Origin: Candidatus Bathyarchaeia archaeon
GTDB lineage: Archaea > Thermoproteota > Bathyarchaeia > Bathyarchaeales > Bathycorpusculaceae
Assembly (NCBI GenBank): GCA_038883795.1
Contig: JAVZLK010000002.1
Coordinates: forward strand, 32,001 to 96,000
Reading direction: 5' to 3'
DNA: 64,000 bases
In this document: one piece after another, positions 11,051 through 19,134 of the stretch
Position numbering within the stretch: the stretch's first letter is position 1
Layout: each line of letters starts with the position of its first letter
Notes under the pieces: generated by a model
Told to the model about the DNA's origin: nothing
Seen by the model: the letters and a program-made list of their open reading frames with translations, nothing else
The model's database searches: none
Position numbers and translations under genes: made by a program

Positions 11051-12541
11051 ATGAAGGTTATTAAAGAAACAGAGAGTTTATGCCCAGAATGCCTAAAAGT
11101 GTTGAAGGCTACAATCTTCGAAGAAGACGGCAAAGTCTACTTAAAAAAGGAATGCCCACGACATGGCTTTTTCCAAGAAGTTTACTGGTCTGATTACGAG
11201 CAATATTTACGAGCTGAAAGATTCAGGTATGACGGCGAAGGCTTAAACAATCCGAGAACAAAAACCGTAAACAACTGCCCATACGACTGCGGCATATGCC
11301 CGCAGCACAAATCCCACACAGCACTTGCAATAATCGATGTGACAAACCGCTGCAACCTTAAATGTCCTGTTTGTTTTGCCAACGCTGCAGCTGCTGGCTA
11401 CGTTTACGAACCATCAAAAGAAGAAATTCGAGGCATGCTGGAAAACTTACGCAAGAATGACCCTGTTCCTGCTACGGCTCTTCAGTTTTCTGGTGGCGAA
11501 CCAACCGTTCGCAATGACCTCTTCGAACTTATTCGAATGGCTAAGGAGCTTGGTTTTCGCCATGTGGAAGTTAATACGAACGGGCTTCGGCTTGCGCAAA
11601 GCGTTGATTATTGCAGAGGCTTAAAAGAGGCTGGAATGAGCACAGTCTATTTGCAGTTTGACGGGTTAACATCTGAAGTTTACAAGTTTATTCGCGGAAT
11701 AGATTTGTTGGGCATCAAAATGAAGGCTATTGAAAATTGTCGCAAAGCTGGGATTGACAGCGTGGTTTTGGTTGTCACATTGATTAAGGGCGTAAATGAT
11801 GGTCAACTTGGCGACATTATACGTTTTGCAGTGCAAAATTTCGATGTAGTGCGTTGCATAAACGTTCAACCAGTTTCCCTCTGTGGAAGACTTCCCCAAA
11901 CAGAAAGGGAGAAAATGCGCATAACAATTCCAGACTTTATGCGACTGGTGCAAGAGCAAACAAACTGCAAAATAAAAATGTCAGACTTCTATCCAGTGCC
12001 AACAGTTGTACCAGTTTCTAAGGCTGTTGGAGCATTAAAAGGTAAAAGATATGTAGAGTTCACTGCACATCCCCACTGCGGAATGGCAACATACATATTT
12101 GTTGAAAATGGCGAAATCATTCCCATAACACATTATGGAAATGTAGATAACTTCATTAAGACAATGCAGAAAGTTTACGAGGATGCTTCAAAAGGAAGCA
12201 AGAATAAGGCAAAACTGCGTTTGGTTGGAGCTTTACGCCATATCAAGTTCAGTTTTCTGAGAAAGCATGTTTGGGGTGTATTAAGGGAAGGGAGCTACGA
12301 GGCTTTGGGGAATTTGCAAAGAAAATCCATACTGCTTTCAGCAATGCACTTCATGGATCCATACAACTTTGACTTGGAAAGGGTCCAACGCTGCGTAATC
12401 CACTATGCAATTCCAGATGGACGCATAATTCCCTTCTGCACAATGAATTCCATTCACCGTCCAGAAATTGAGAAAAAGCTTGGAATGTCAATTAAAGAGT
12501 GGCAAAATAGGCATAAGGTTGAAATAACCCAGTACGCTTAG
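11051..12541 (+). CDS. tes: Tetraether lipid synthase (radical SAM, MJ0619 family)
   Basis: N-terminal CPEC...CPRHG, CPYDCGIC, CNLKCPVC radical SAM motif, C-terminal RCVIHY...IPFC. Confidence 0.85.
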   Translation: MKVIKETESLCPECLKVLKATIFEEDGKVYLKKECPRHGFFQEVYWSDYEQYLRAERFRYDGEGLNNPRTKTVNNCPYDCGICPQHKSHTALAIIDVTNRCNLKCPVCFANAAAAGYVYEPSKEEIRGMLENLRKNDPVPATALQFSGGEPTVRNDLFELIRMAKELGFRHVEVNTNGLRLAQSVDYCRGLKEAGMSTVYLQFDGLTSEVYKFIRGIDLLGIKMKAIENCRKAGIDSVVLVVTLIKGVNDGQLGDIIRFAVQNFDVVRCINVQPVSLCGRLPQTEREKMRITIPDFMRLVQEQTNCKIKMSDFYPVPTVVPVSKAVGALKGKRYVEFTAHPHCGMATYIFVENGEIIPITHYGNVDNFIKTMQKVYEDASKGSKNKAKLRLVGALRHIKFSFLRKHVWGVLREGSYEALGNLQRKSILLSAMHFMDPYNFDLERVQRCVIHYAIPDGRIIPFCTMNSIHRPEIEKKLGMSIKEWQNRHKVEITQYA

Positions 12542-12596
12542 CATAGAAAACCTAAAGAATTACGAAAACTCTTTCCTTTAATGGAAGCTGATAGTC

Positions 12597-12923
12597 ATGG
12601 GTGGTAAAAAGAAGCTTAGCTTAAAGCAAATGGAGCGCATGCAGCTTAGAAAGGATGCTGAAGAAAAGGAGAAAAAGAAAAAGGAAAAAGAGGCTGGACC
12701 CAAAGAAAAGAAGCCCTCCGGAATAATTCCGCCAGACCCGAGAAGCGAAAAAATTGTGGGCGAATTAAAGAAGATGAACGTTTTGACACCTTATGCCGTG
12801 GCTTCGCGCTTCAATTTGCGAATAAGCGCTGCAAAGGACTTATTAGAACAATTGGAGGACGAGGGCATAGTTCAGCTTGTCTCTGGAAGCCATAACATCA
12901 AAATATACAAACCAATAAGCTAA
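12597..12923 (+). CDS. rps25e: 30S ribosomal protein S25e
   Basis: MGGKKK, Lys-rich N-terminus, LTPYAVAS...ISAAKDLL winged helix. Confidence 0.85.
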   Translation: MGGKKKLSLKQMERMQLRKDAEEKEKKKKEKEAGPKEKKPSGIIPPDPRSEKIVGELKKMNVLTPYAVASRFNLRISAAKDLLEQLEDEGIVQLVSGSHNIKIYKPIS

Positions 12924-12978
12924 TTCTTTTTGGTTCTCTTCCTTAATTTTCATTAACTGATTAAGGTTTGGAATTGTA

Positions 12979-13461
12979 ATGGAAACTTTTCCAAAAAGAA
13001 TATACACTCATAAAGAGGTTAAAAAAGCAAAGGAATTTGTCGATAAGGGCTATAAGCATCGTTTAAAAATTAAGGGAGATGCTGTCTTTAAAGAAAAAGT
13101 ACGCCAAGCCCTTAAGCTTGTTAAAACTGCTGGTTACTACGACTTTTTGAGGACTTATATTCGCTGTATCGTTGAAATTGATGGTTTGACACAGCTTAGG
13201 GAATCGGAAGCTTCTATTTGGGCAAACAGGTATGCTGTAGAGAATCCCATAGATGCGGCCAGTTTGTTTGTGCAAAAGGCACATCACATGCAAGAGTATT
13301 TGGAAGGCAAACTTTATTATGGTGGCATGGCTGAGAAGCGTTCCGTTGAAGTGCGCATGGAATTTCTTAAAAAATTAATGGAGAAAAGCCGAAAGAAAGA
13401 TGTTAAGAATGAGTGTGAAAAGCTTCTAAAAATTTGGAGTGAAAGTTTCCTAATTTATTAA
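12979..13461 (+). CDS. Conserved hypothetical protein
   Basis: 160-aa ORF with normal composition. Confidence 0.7.
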   Translation: METFPKRIYTHKEVKKAKEFVDKGYKHRLKIKGDAVFKEKVRQALKLVKTAGYYDFLRTYIRCIVEIDGLTQLRESEASIWANRYAVENPIDAASLFVQKAHHMQEYLEGKLYYGGMAEKRSVEVRMEFLKKLMEKSRKKDVKNECEKLLKIWSESFLIY

Positions 13462-13841
13462 GCGGATTCAACTCTGATTTTTGTTCCGCTCTTGACTTGT
13501 TTAAATAATTCGAGGTTTTTGGTGATTTTGCCCAAAACATTAACTGGGCTGTAAGGCTGTGATTCTCCATAAAATATGCATAGGGCGCTTCCCATGGGCC
13601 AGAAGGCTATTGTTCCCTTTTCTACAGAGCTTTTTGCTTTTTCCTCTCCCATTTTGATTGGTGTTTCAAAGTATACTTCTTCTTTCCATAGGGCGGCTCT
13701 GCCTTCTATTGGAAGTTTTCTGACTAGCATGTCTACTGTTCTTGGTGCTAGAAAACGCACAAGCTCTCCTTCTGCCTCTCCCAATCCTTCAACTATAAAC
13801 TTTATTTTTACACGCGAAATTTCCTGTTCTTCAGCGCTCAC
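13458..13841 (-). CDS. Cyclophilin-like fold protein (TM1367/DUF369-like)
   Basis: W.EEVYFETP, GTIAFWP.G.ALCIFYG, SPVNVLG. Confidence 0.8.
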   Translation of the reverse strand: MSAEEQEISRVKIKFIVEGLGEAEGELVRFLAPRTVDMLVRKLPIEGRAALWKEEVYFETPIKMGEEKAKSSVEKGTIAFWPMGSALCIFYGESQPYSPVNVLGKITKNLELFKQVKSGTKIRVESA

Positions 13842-15169
13842 TATTTCCCACCTCTTTTGAGGAACTCTTCCAATATTTGCTCAAGGGTTACTGGACCCAA
13901 AACTTGGAGTTCATATTTCACTCTTACCGTTGGTTTGCTTAATGTCATGACCCTTCTTAGGTCGATGGGTGTTCCTATCACTACGACGTCGCAGGGTGTT
14001 CGGTCAATGGTTTCTTTAAGTTCAGCTATTTGTTTCTCTCCATAACCCAGTGCAGGGAGGATTTTTCCCAAATGAGTATATGCCTTATAGGCTTCTTTTA
14101 TTGAACCAACAGCATAAGGTCTCGGGTCAACAATTTCGCTGGCTCCAGACTTTTGCGCCATTATTGTTCCAGCTCCATAAGGCATATTTCCATGCGTCAA
14201 TGTGGGTCCATCCTCAATTACTAGCGCACGTTTTCCCCTGACCAGTTCTGGATTGTCAGCTGTTACTGGCGAGGCTGCCTCCAGAATTAGGGCGTTAGGA
14301 TTAACCTTCTTTACGTTTTCTTTGACCTTTTCTACATTTTCTGGTTGTGCCGTGTCCACCTTATTTATTATCACGACGTTTGCCATTCGCAAATTGGCTT
14401 CTCCAGGGTGATAAGTTAGTTCGTGTCCCGCTCTGTGGGGGTCTGCCACGACTATGTGTAAGTCTGGTTTGTAGAAAGGTATGTCATTGTTGCCTCCATC
14501 CCAAACAATGATGTCTGCTTCCTTTTCAGCTTCGTGCAGAATCTTTTCGTAGTCCACGCCCGCATAAACAATTATGCCATTGTCAATGTGAGGTTCATAT
14601 TCTTCTCTTTCCTCGATAGTGCAGTGGTATTTGTCCAAGTCTTCATAAGAAGCGAATCTTTGGCAAATCTGCTTTGTTAAGTCGCCGTAGGGCATTGGAT
14701 GTCTGATGGCGACAACCCTTAAACCTTTATTTTTTAAGATTTTTGCAACTTGCCTTGAAGTTTGGCTTTTCCCCGAACCAGTTCTAACAGCGCCCACAGA
14801 AATCACTGGAACTTTTGCCTTCAACATTGTTGTTTTGGGTCCCATTAAGCGGAAATCTGCCCCGCTTGACAATGCTATGGACGCTTTATGCATGACATAT
14901 TCGTGGGAGACATCGCTGTACGCGAAAATCACTTCATCAACGTCATGCTGCTTTATTAATGTAGGCAGTTTTTCTTCAGGGTAAATTGGTATTCCTTTAG
15001 GATAATTTGGGCCTGCAAGTTCAGTGGGATATGTTCTGCCTTCAATGCCCGGAATTTGTGTGGCTGTGAAAGCGACAACCTCGTAGGCCTCATTGTTTCG
15101 GAAGTAAACGTTAAAGTTATGGAAGTCTCTACCCGCGGCTCCCATTATAATAACCTTAACTTTTTTCAT
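13841..15169 (-). CDS. COG2403 P-loop enzyme; arginine synthetase (ArcE)-like, often annotated cyclic 2,3-diphosphoglycerate synthase
   Basis: GAAGRDFHNFN, RTGSGKSQT, RHPMPYG, TIEEREEYE, DGGNND, EDGPTLTHG. Confidence 0.7.
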   Translation of the reverse strand: MKKVKVIIMGAAGRDFHNFNVYFRNNEAYEVVAFTATQIPGIEGRTYPTELAGPNYPKGIPIYPEEKLPTLIKQHDVDEVIFAYSDVSHEYVMHKASIALSSGADFRLMGPKTTMLKAKVPVISVGAVRTGSGKSQTSRQVAKILKNKGLRVVAIRHPMPYGDLTKQICQRFASYEDLDKYHCTIEEREEYEPHIDNGIIVYAGVDYEKILHEAEKEADIIVWDGGNNDIPFYKPDLHIVVADPHRAGHELTYHPGEANLRMANVVIINKVDTAQPENVEKVKENVKKVNPNALILEAASPVTADNPELVRGKRALVIEDGPTLTHGNMPYGAGTIMAQKSGASEIVDPRPYAVGSIKEAYKAYTHLGKILPALGYGEKQIAELKETIDRTPCDVVVIGTPIDLRRVMTLSKPTVRVKYELQVLGPVTLEQILEEFLKRGGK

Positions 15170-15250
15170 GACACTAATCCTCCATTAGAACTCTAACAAG
15201 AGGATTCAATACTACCTAAATCATTCCATATAAACCTTAACATGTAACTC

Positions 15251-16354
15251 CTATCCTATCAAATGTAAAACTGTTTCGCCTATAAACTCTATCTGCTCTA
15301 CCGTGACGCCGGGATGAACTGGTAATGAAAAAACTTGCTCTGCAGCTTTTTCTGTTTCTGGAAGCTTGTTTTTTCCAAATTTTCTGTAAAATGGCATTAA
15401 GTGTATAGGATTGGAATAGTAAACCTCTGCGCCTATTCCCTTCCTTTTTAATTCCTCAACAATTTTATCCCTTTCTTTTCTTTTTGCTTTTTTCAATCTG
15501 ACCGTGAAGAGATACCAACTGTGCTTATACCCGTGTGGTTCTTTCGGTAATGTTAATCTATTTGCGTTTTTTAGTCTCCTTTCAAGTTTTTCTGCGTTTT
15601 CTCTTCTTTTCGCCAAAAATTTTGGCAATTTTTCAAGCTGAACATAGCCTATGGCTGCTTCAATTTCTGGCATGCGATAGTTGTATCCCAACATTATCGA
15701 CTTATACTTCTCCACTTCACCGTGGCTTCTCATAAGGCGAATTTTCTCTGCTAATTTTTCATCGTTGGTTGTTATCATTCCTCCTTCTCCAGTCATCATA
15801 TTTTTGCTTGCGTAAAAGCTCCAGCATGCAACATCCGCATATGTTCCCGGGGGTCTTCCCATGTATTGTGCACCATGGGCTTGTGCGGCGTCTTCAACAA
15901 TTTTTAATCCATGTTTTTCGGCAATTTCTCTTATGGGCTTCATGTCTGCTGATAAGCCGTAAAGGTCCACGGGCACTATAGCCTTAGTCTTTTTTGTTAT
16001 GGCTTCTTCAATTTTTTCTGTGGAAATGTTATATGTTTCTGGATTTATGTCTACAAAGACTGGTTTAGCTCCAACCGTGACTATGGCTTCGGCTGTGGCT
16101 ACGAAAGTGAAGCTTGGGAGAATAACCTCATCGCCTGGTTTTACGCTTGCCGCTGCAATTGCCAAGTGTAGAGCTGCTGTTCCTGAGTTTACGGCTATTG
16201 CTTCCTTTGCTCCCACAAAATTTGCGTAGGCTTTCTCAAACTGTGTAACCATTGGGCCGGCGCCAAGTCCATGGGTTAGAACTCCACTTTTTAAAACCTT
16301 AACGACAGCGTCGATTTCCTCTTTTCCTATTTGTGGGGCGTTAATTGGAATCAT
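15251..16354 (-). CDS. DegT/DnrJ/EryC1/StrS aminotransferase
   Basis: NSGTAALH, EDAAQAHG, SFYASKNM.TGEGG. Confidence 0.92.
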   Translation of the reverse strand: MIPINAPQIGKEEIDAVVKVLKSGVLTHGLGAGPMVTQFEKAYANFVGAKEAIAVNSGTAALHLAIAAASVKPGDEVILPSFTFVATAEAIVTVGAKPVFVDINPETYNISTEKIEEAITKKTKAIVPVDLYGLSADMKPIREIAEKHGLKIVEDAAQAHGAQYMGRPPGTYADVACWSFYASKNMMTGEGGMITTNDEKLAEKIRLMRSHGEVEKYKSIMLGYNYRMPEIEAAIGYVQLEKLPKFLAKRRENAEKLERRLKNANRLTLPKEPHGYKHSWYLFTVRLKKAKRKERDKIVEELKRKGIGAEVYYSNPIHLMPFYRKFGKNKLPETEKAAEQVFSLPVHPGVTVEQIEFIGETVLHLIG

Positions 16355-16440
16355 AATTTAACCTTTAAGCTATTATGCTGTTTAGCATTAAATAACTTGT
16401 GTGTTTAAACAATTTGGGTTGAGCTAAAAATTAAAGGGTG

Positions 16441-17064
16441 TTAGTGTATTGGAAAGTTGTTTAAACCTTTTATTCTGTTTAGGAATTCCTCCATTTCCTT
16501 TTCTACTTCTTCCTTTCTCTTTGTCAGAAACTCTAATTCTTCAGATATTTCCTCCAGCCATTCCTTAATAGCTAAATTGCACTCTTCCTTTGTCATTTTT
16601 GCAAGATATTTGGAAATATCTTGTGGAGCACGCTTCTTCAATCGATGAAGTGGACAGTTTATCTTTTGAAATTTTGAAAAGGAGAAAAAGTGTCTTGTTG
16701 AGCGGGGTTTCATGAGACGTCCACTGAGTCCCGCCGAGATAACTTTCTCAACACTTATCTCTTCATCTGGATTGCATATGTAACGGTGGATCCTTCTCCT
16801 TCCAACGCGGATTTTTGGGTTTTGGAAGGCGTCGACGAGAATGGCTGGTATTTGTGTGTAACCGAGGCTTTTTAGCGCAAGCCACCGGTGCATTCCATCT
16901 AATATCACATGAGTTTTTTCATCTGCAATTATCGGATACTTTAGCAAACCATCTCTAAGAATTTCTTGTTTCAGTAGTTCCAAATATAGTGGGGAGCCTT
17001 TTTCGTGGGGTTTTAAAGAGTTTATTGGGAGAAAAACAATTTTGAAATCTTGCTTTTCAGTCAT
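16441..17064 (-). CDS. ParB/Srx-fold protein, SerK/SbnI-like candidate L-serine kinase
   Basis: LKPHE, PII, LDGMHRW and KPRSTRH motifs; start moved to ATG 17064 just after the trpB2 stop. Confidence 0.6.
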   Translation of the reverse strand: MTEKQDFKIVFLPINSLKPHEKGSPLYLELLKQEILRDGLLKYPIIADEKTHVILDGMHRWLALKSLGYTQIPAILVDAFQNPKIRVGRRRIHRYICNPDEEISVEKVISAGLSGRLMKPRSTRHFFSFSKFQKINCPLHRLKKRAPQDISKYLAKMTKEECNLAIKEWLEEISEELEFLTKRKEEVEKEMEEFLNRIKGLNNFPIH

Positions 17065-17074
17065 CTTCCTTACC

Positions 17075-18430
17075 TTAATGACTGAAGGTTGGAACTTCGA
17101 TTTTTTCCGGTTCATAATCTACTAGTTTGCCGCTGAGGAACTGTTCATAGGCTGTTAAGTCGAGCAAACCATGTCCACTATAATTCATTGCGATTACTTT
17201 TTTCTCGCCAGTTTTCTTACATCTTAATGCTTCATCTATTACGAATTTTAGGCTGTGGGCGGTTTCTGGAGCGATTATTAACCCTTCTGTTTGGGCCAAA
17301 ATTTTGGCAGCTTCGAAAACTTCGTTTTGACTGTAAGCTACAGAGCGCATATACCCCTTATGTATTAGGTAGGATATTGAAGGAGCCATTCCATGATATC
17401 GCAAACCGCCAGCATGAATAGGCGGACACGCATATCCATGTCCAATTGTTAACATTTTCAAAAGCGGTGTCATTTTGCCAGTGTCTCCATAATCATATGT
17501 GTAAACGCCCCTTGTCGTGTGGGGAACAGCCTTTGACTCGCAAGCCACAAATTCCGTGTTTGTCCTGCCTTTGAGTTTGTCCATCATAAAGGGATATGCG
17601 AAGCCTGCATAGTTAGAGCCTCCTCCTATGCATCCACAAACTACGTCTGGGTAAGTATCTATTAGTTCAAACTGTTTCTTGGCTTCTAAGCCAACTATTG
17701 TTTGGTGCATGAGCACGTGATTCAGAACAGAGCCCAAAGAGTATCGTGTGTCTTCGTTTGTAAGTGTGTCTTCTATGGCTTCTGTTATGGCTATTCCCAA
17801 AGTTCCTGGGTTTTCCGGGTTTTCTTTGAGCAGTTTTCTGCCGAAGTTTGTTTGTTCGCTTGGTGATGGAAACATTTCTGCGCCGTAAATTTGCGCTATG
17901 ATTCTTCTGCCTGGTTTTTGGTGATAGCTTGCTCTAACCATGTAGATTCGGCATTTTAATCCGAAAATTGTGCATGAGAAGGCTAAGGCGGTGCCCCATT
18001 GTCCCGCTCCAGTTTCCGTCACTAGTCTTTTTATTCCTTGTTCTTTATTGTAGTAGGCTTGTGCTAGGGCCGTGTTGGTTTTGTGGCTTCCCGTAGGGCT
18101 AAAGTTTTCACATTTAAAGTATATTTGAGCTGGTGTTTTCAGATAACTTTCTAATCTTTTTGCCCTATACAGCGGTGTGGGACGTGGAAGCCTTAGATAT
18201 GCATCCAAAACGTCTTCTGGAATTTTTATGTAGCGTTCTGTGGAAACTTCTTGTTTTATAAGTTCTTTCGCAAATATTCTCTCTAATAATTGTGGGCTTA
18301 TGGGTTTTAGGGTTGTAGGGTCTAATGGTGGCGGTAACGGTTCTGGAAGGTCTGCCTGTATGTTATACCATTCTCTTGGTATTTCTTCCGGGCTGAGAAG
18401 CGTGAAGCTTTCGTTGATTTTTTGATGCAT
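17075..18430 (-). CDS. trpB2: Tryptophan synthase beta chain type 2
   Basis: WYNIQADLP, RPTPL.RA, GSHKTN, ETGAGQWG, GGGSN, HAGGLRYHG, SGHG. Confidence 0.93.
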   Translation of the reverse strand: MHQKINESFTLLSPEEIPREWYNIQADLPEPLPPPLDPTTLKPISPQLLERIFAKELIKQEVSTERYIKIPEDVLDAYLRLPRPTPLYRAKRLESYLKTPAQIYFKCENFSPTGSHKTNTALAQAYYNKEQGIKRLVTETGAGQWGTALAFSCTIFGLKCRIYMVRASYHQKPGRRIIAQIYGAEMFPSPSEQTNFGRKLLKENPENPGTLGIAITEAIEDTLTNEDTRYSLGSVLNHVLMHQTIVGLEAKKQFELIDTYPDVVCGCIGGGSNYAGFAYPFMMDKLKGRTNTEFVACESKAVPHTTRGVYTYDYGDTGKMTPLLKMLTIGHGYACPPIHAGGLRYHGMAPSISYLIHKGYMRSVAYSQNEVFEAAKILAQTEGLIIAPETAHSLKFVIDEALRCKKTGEKKVIAMNYSGHGLLDLTAYEQFLSGKLVDYEPEKIEVPTFSH

Positions 18431-18439
18431 ACAGATGCC

Positions 18440-18533
18440 CCTTCATGTATGTTTTTGTTCATTTATGTATGGTAATATACTAAAGATGACACGAACATAT
18501 TTATACTTTACTGCACAAAACAGTACATGAAGG
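18440..18533. promoter_or_regulatory. Divergent promoter region with TRP-box-like hexamer arrays
   Basis: TGTACA-like hexamers at 10-bp phase (18446, 18456, 18466; 18492, 18502, 18512, 18522); inverted repeat CCTTCATGTA/TACATGAAGG. Confidence 0.65.
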
Positions 18534-18543
18534 AACCCGAAAT

Positions 18544-19047
18544 ATGTGGAGCAAAATCGTAAAATACCTAGAAGGCTATCCAGAAAGACTAAAAGTAGCC
18601 AGAGTTCTCGTCGAAAATGGACTAAGCGTAAGAAACGGAAAAATCTACCTTAACGAAATCGAAATCCCACCAGTTCGCATAGCCAGAGTCGCCAAAGTAG
18701 ACAGAAGAACAGTAAACGAGACGCTAAATGCCATCCGCACAAACCACGAACTAAAACAAATCTTTGAAGGATTAAGGTCAGCAGGACACTCTTTAAAAGA
18801 AATTGCCAAACATTTAGACTTTGGAGTTGTTGAAATAACGCCTGTGGATGCTAAAATGCCAGGCATACTTGCAGGCTCCGCCTCACTTCTTGCGAAAGCT
18901 GGTTTAAGCATAAGACAAGCAATAGTTGATGACCCAGAATTGTCGCCTGAACCTAAATTGACTTTGATTGCTGAGAAAAAAATTCCAGGCGAATTAATCC
19001 CAGAACTTTTGAAAATAAAGGGCATAGCCAAAGTTTCAGTTTACTAA
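18544..19047 (+). CDS. trpY: TrpY-like HTH-ACT tryptophan regulator (COG2150)
   Basis: EGYP.R..VAR, VDRRTV HTH, PGILA...SIRQA..DPEL ACT domain; divergent from trpB2. Confidence 0.75.
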   Translation: MWSKIVKYLEGYPERLKVARVLVENGLSVRNGKIYLNEIEIPPVRIARVAKVDRRTVNETLNAIRTNHELKQIFEGLRSAGHSLKEIAKHLDFGVVEITPVDAKMPGILAGSASLLAKAGLSIRQAIVDDPELSPEPKLTLIAEKKIPGELIPELLKIKGIAKVSVY

Positions 19048-19134
19048 AATAGTTTTATGTTGGCTATCAGCGTATTAAACCGCTATGAATAATAAAGAGA
19101 TTTAACGGGTAAATTACTCTCAAGAGGTCTGCAG

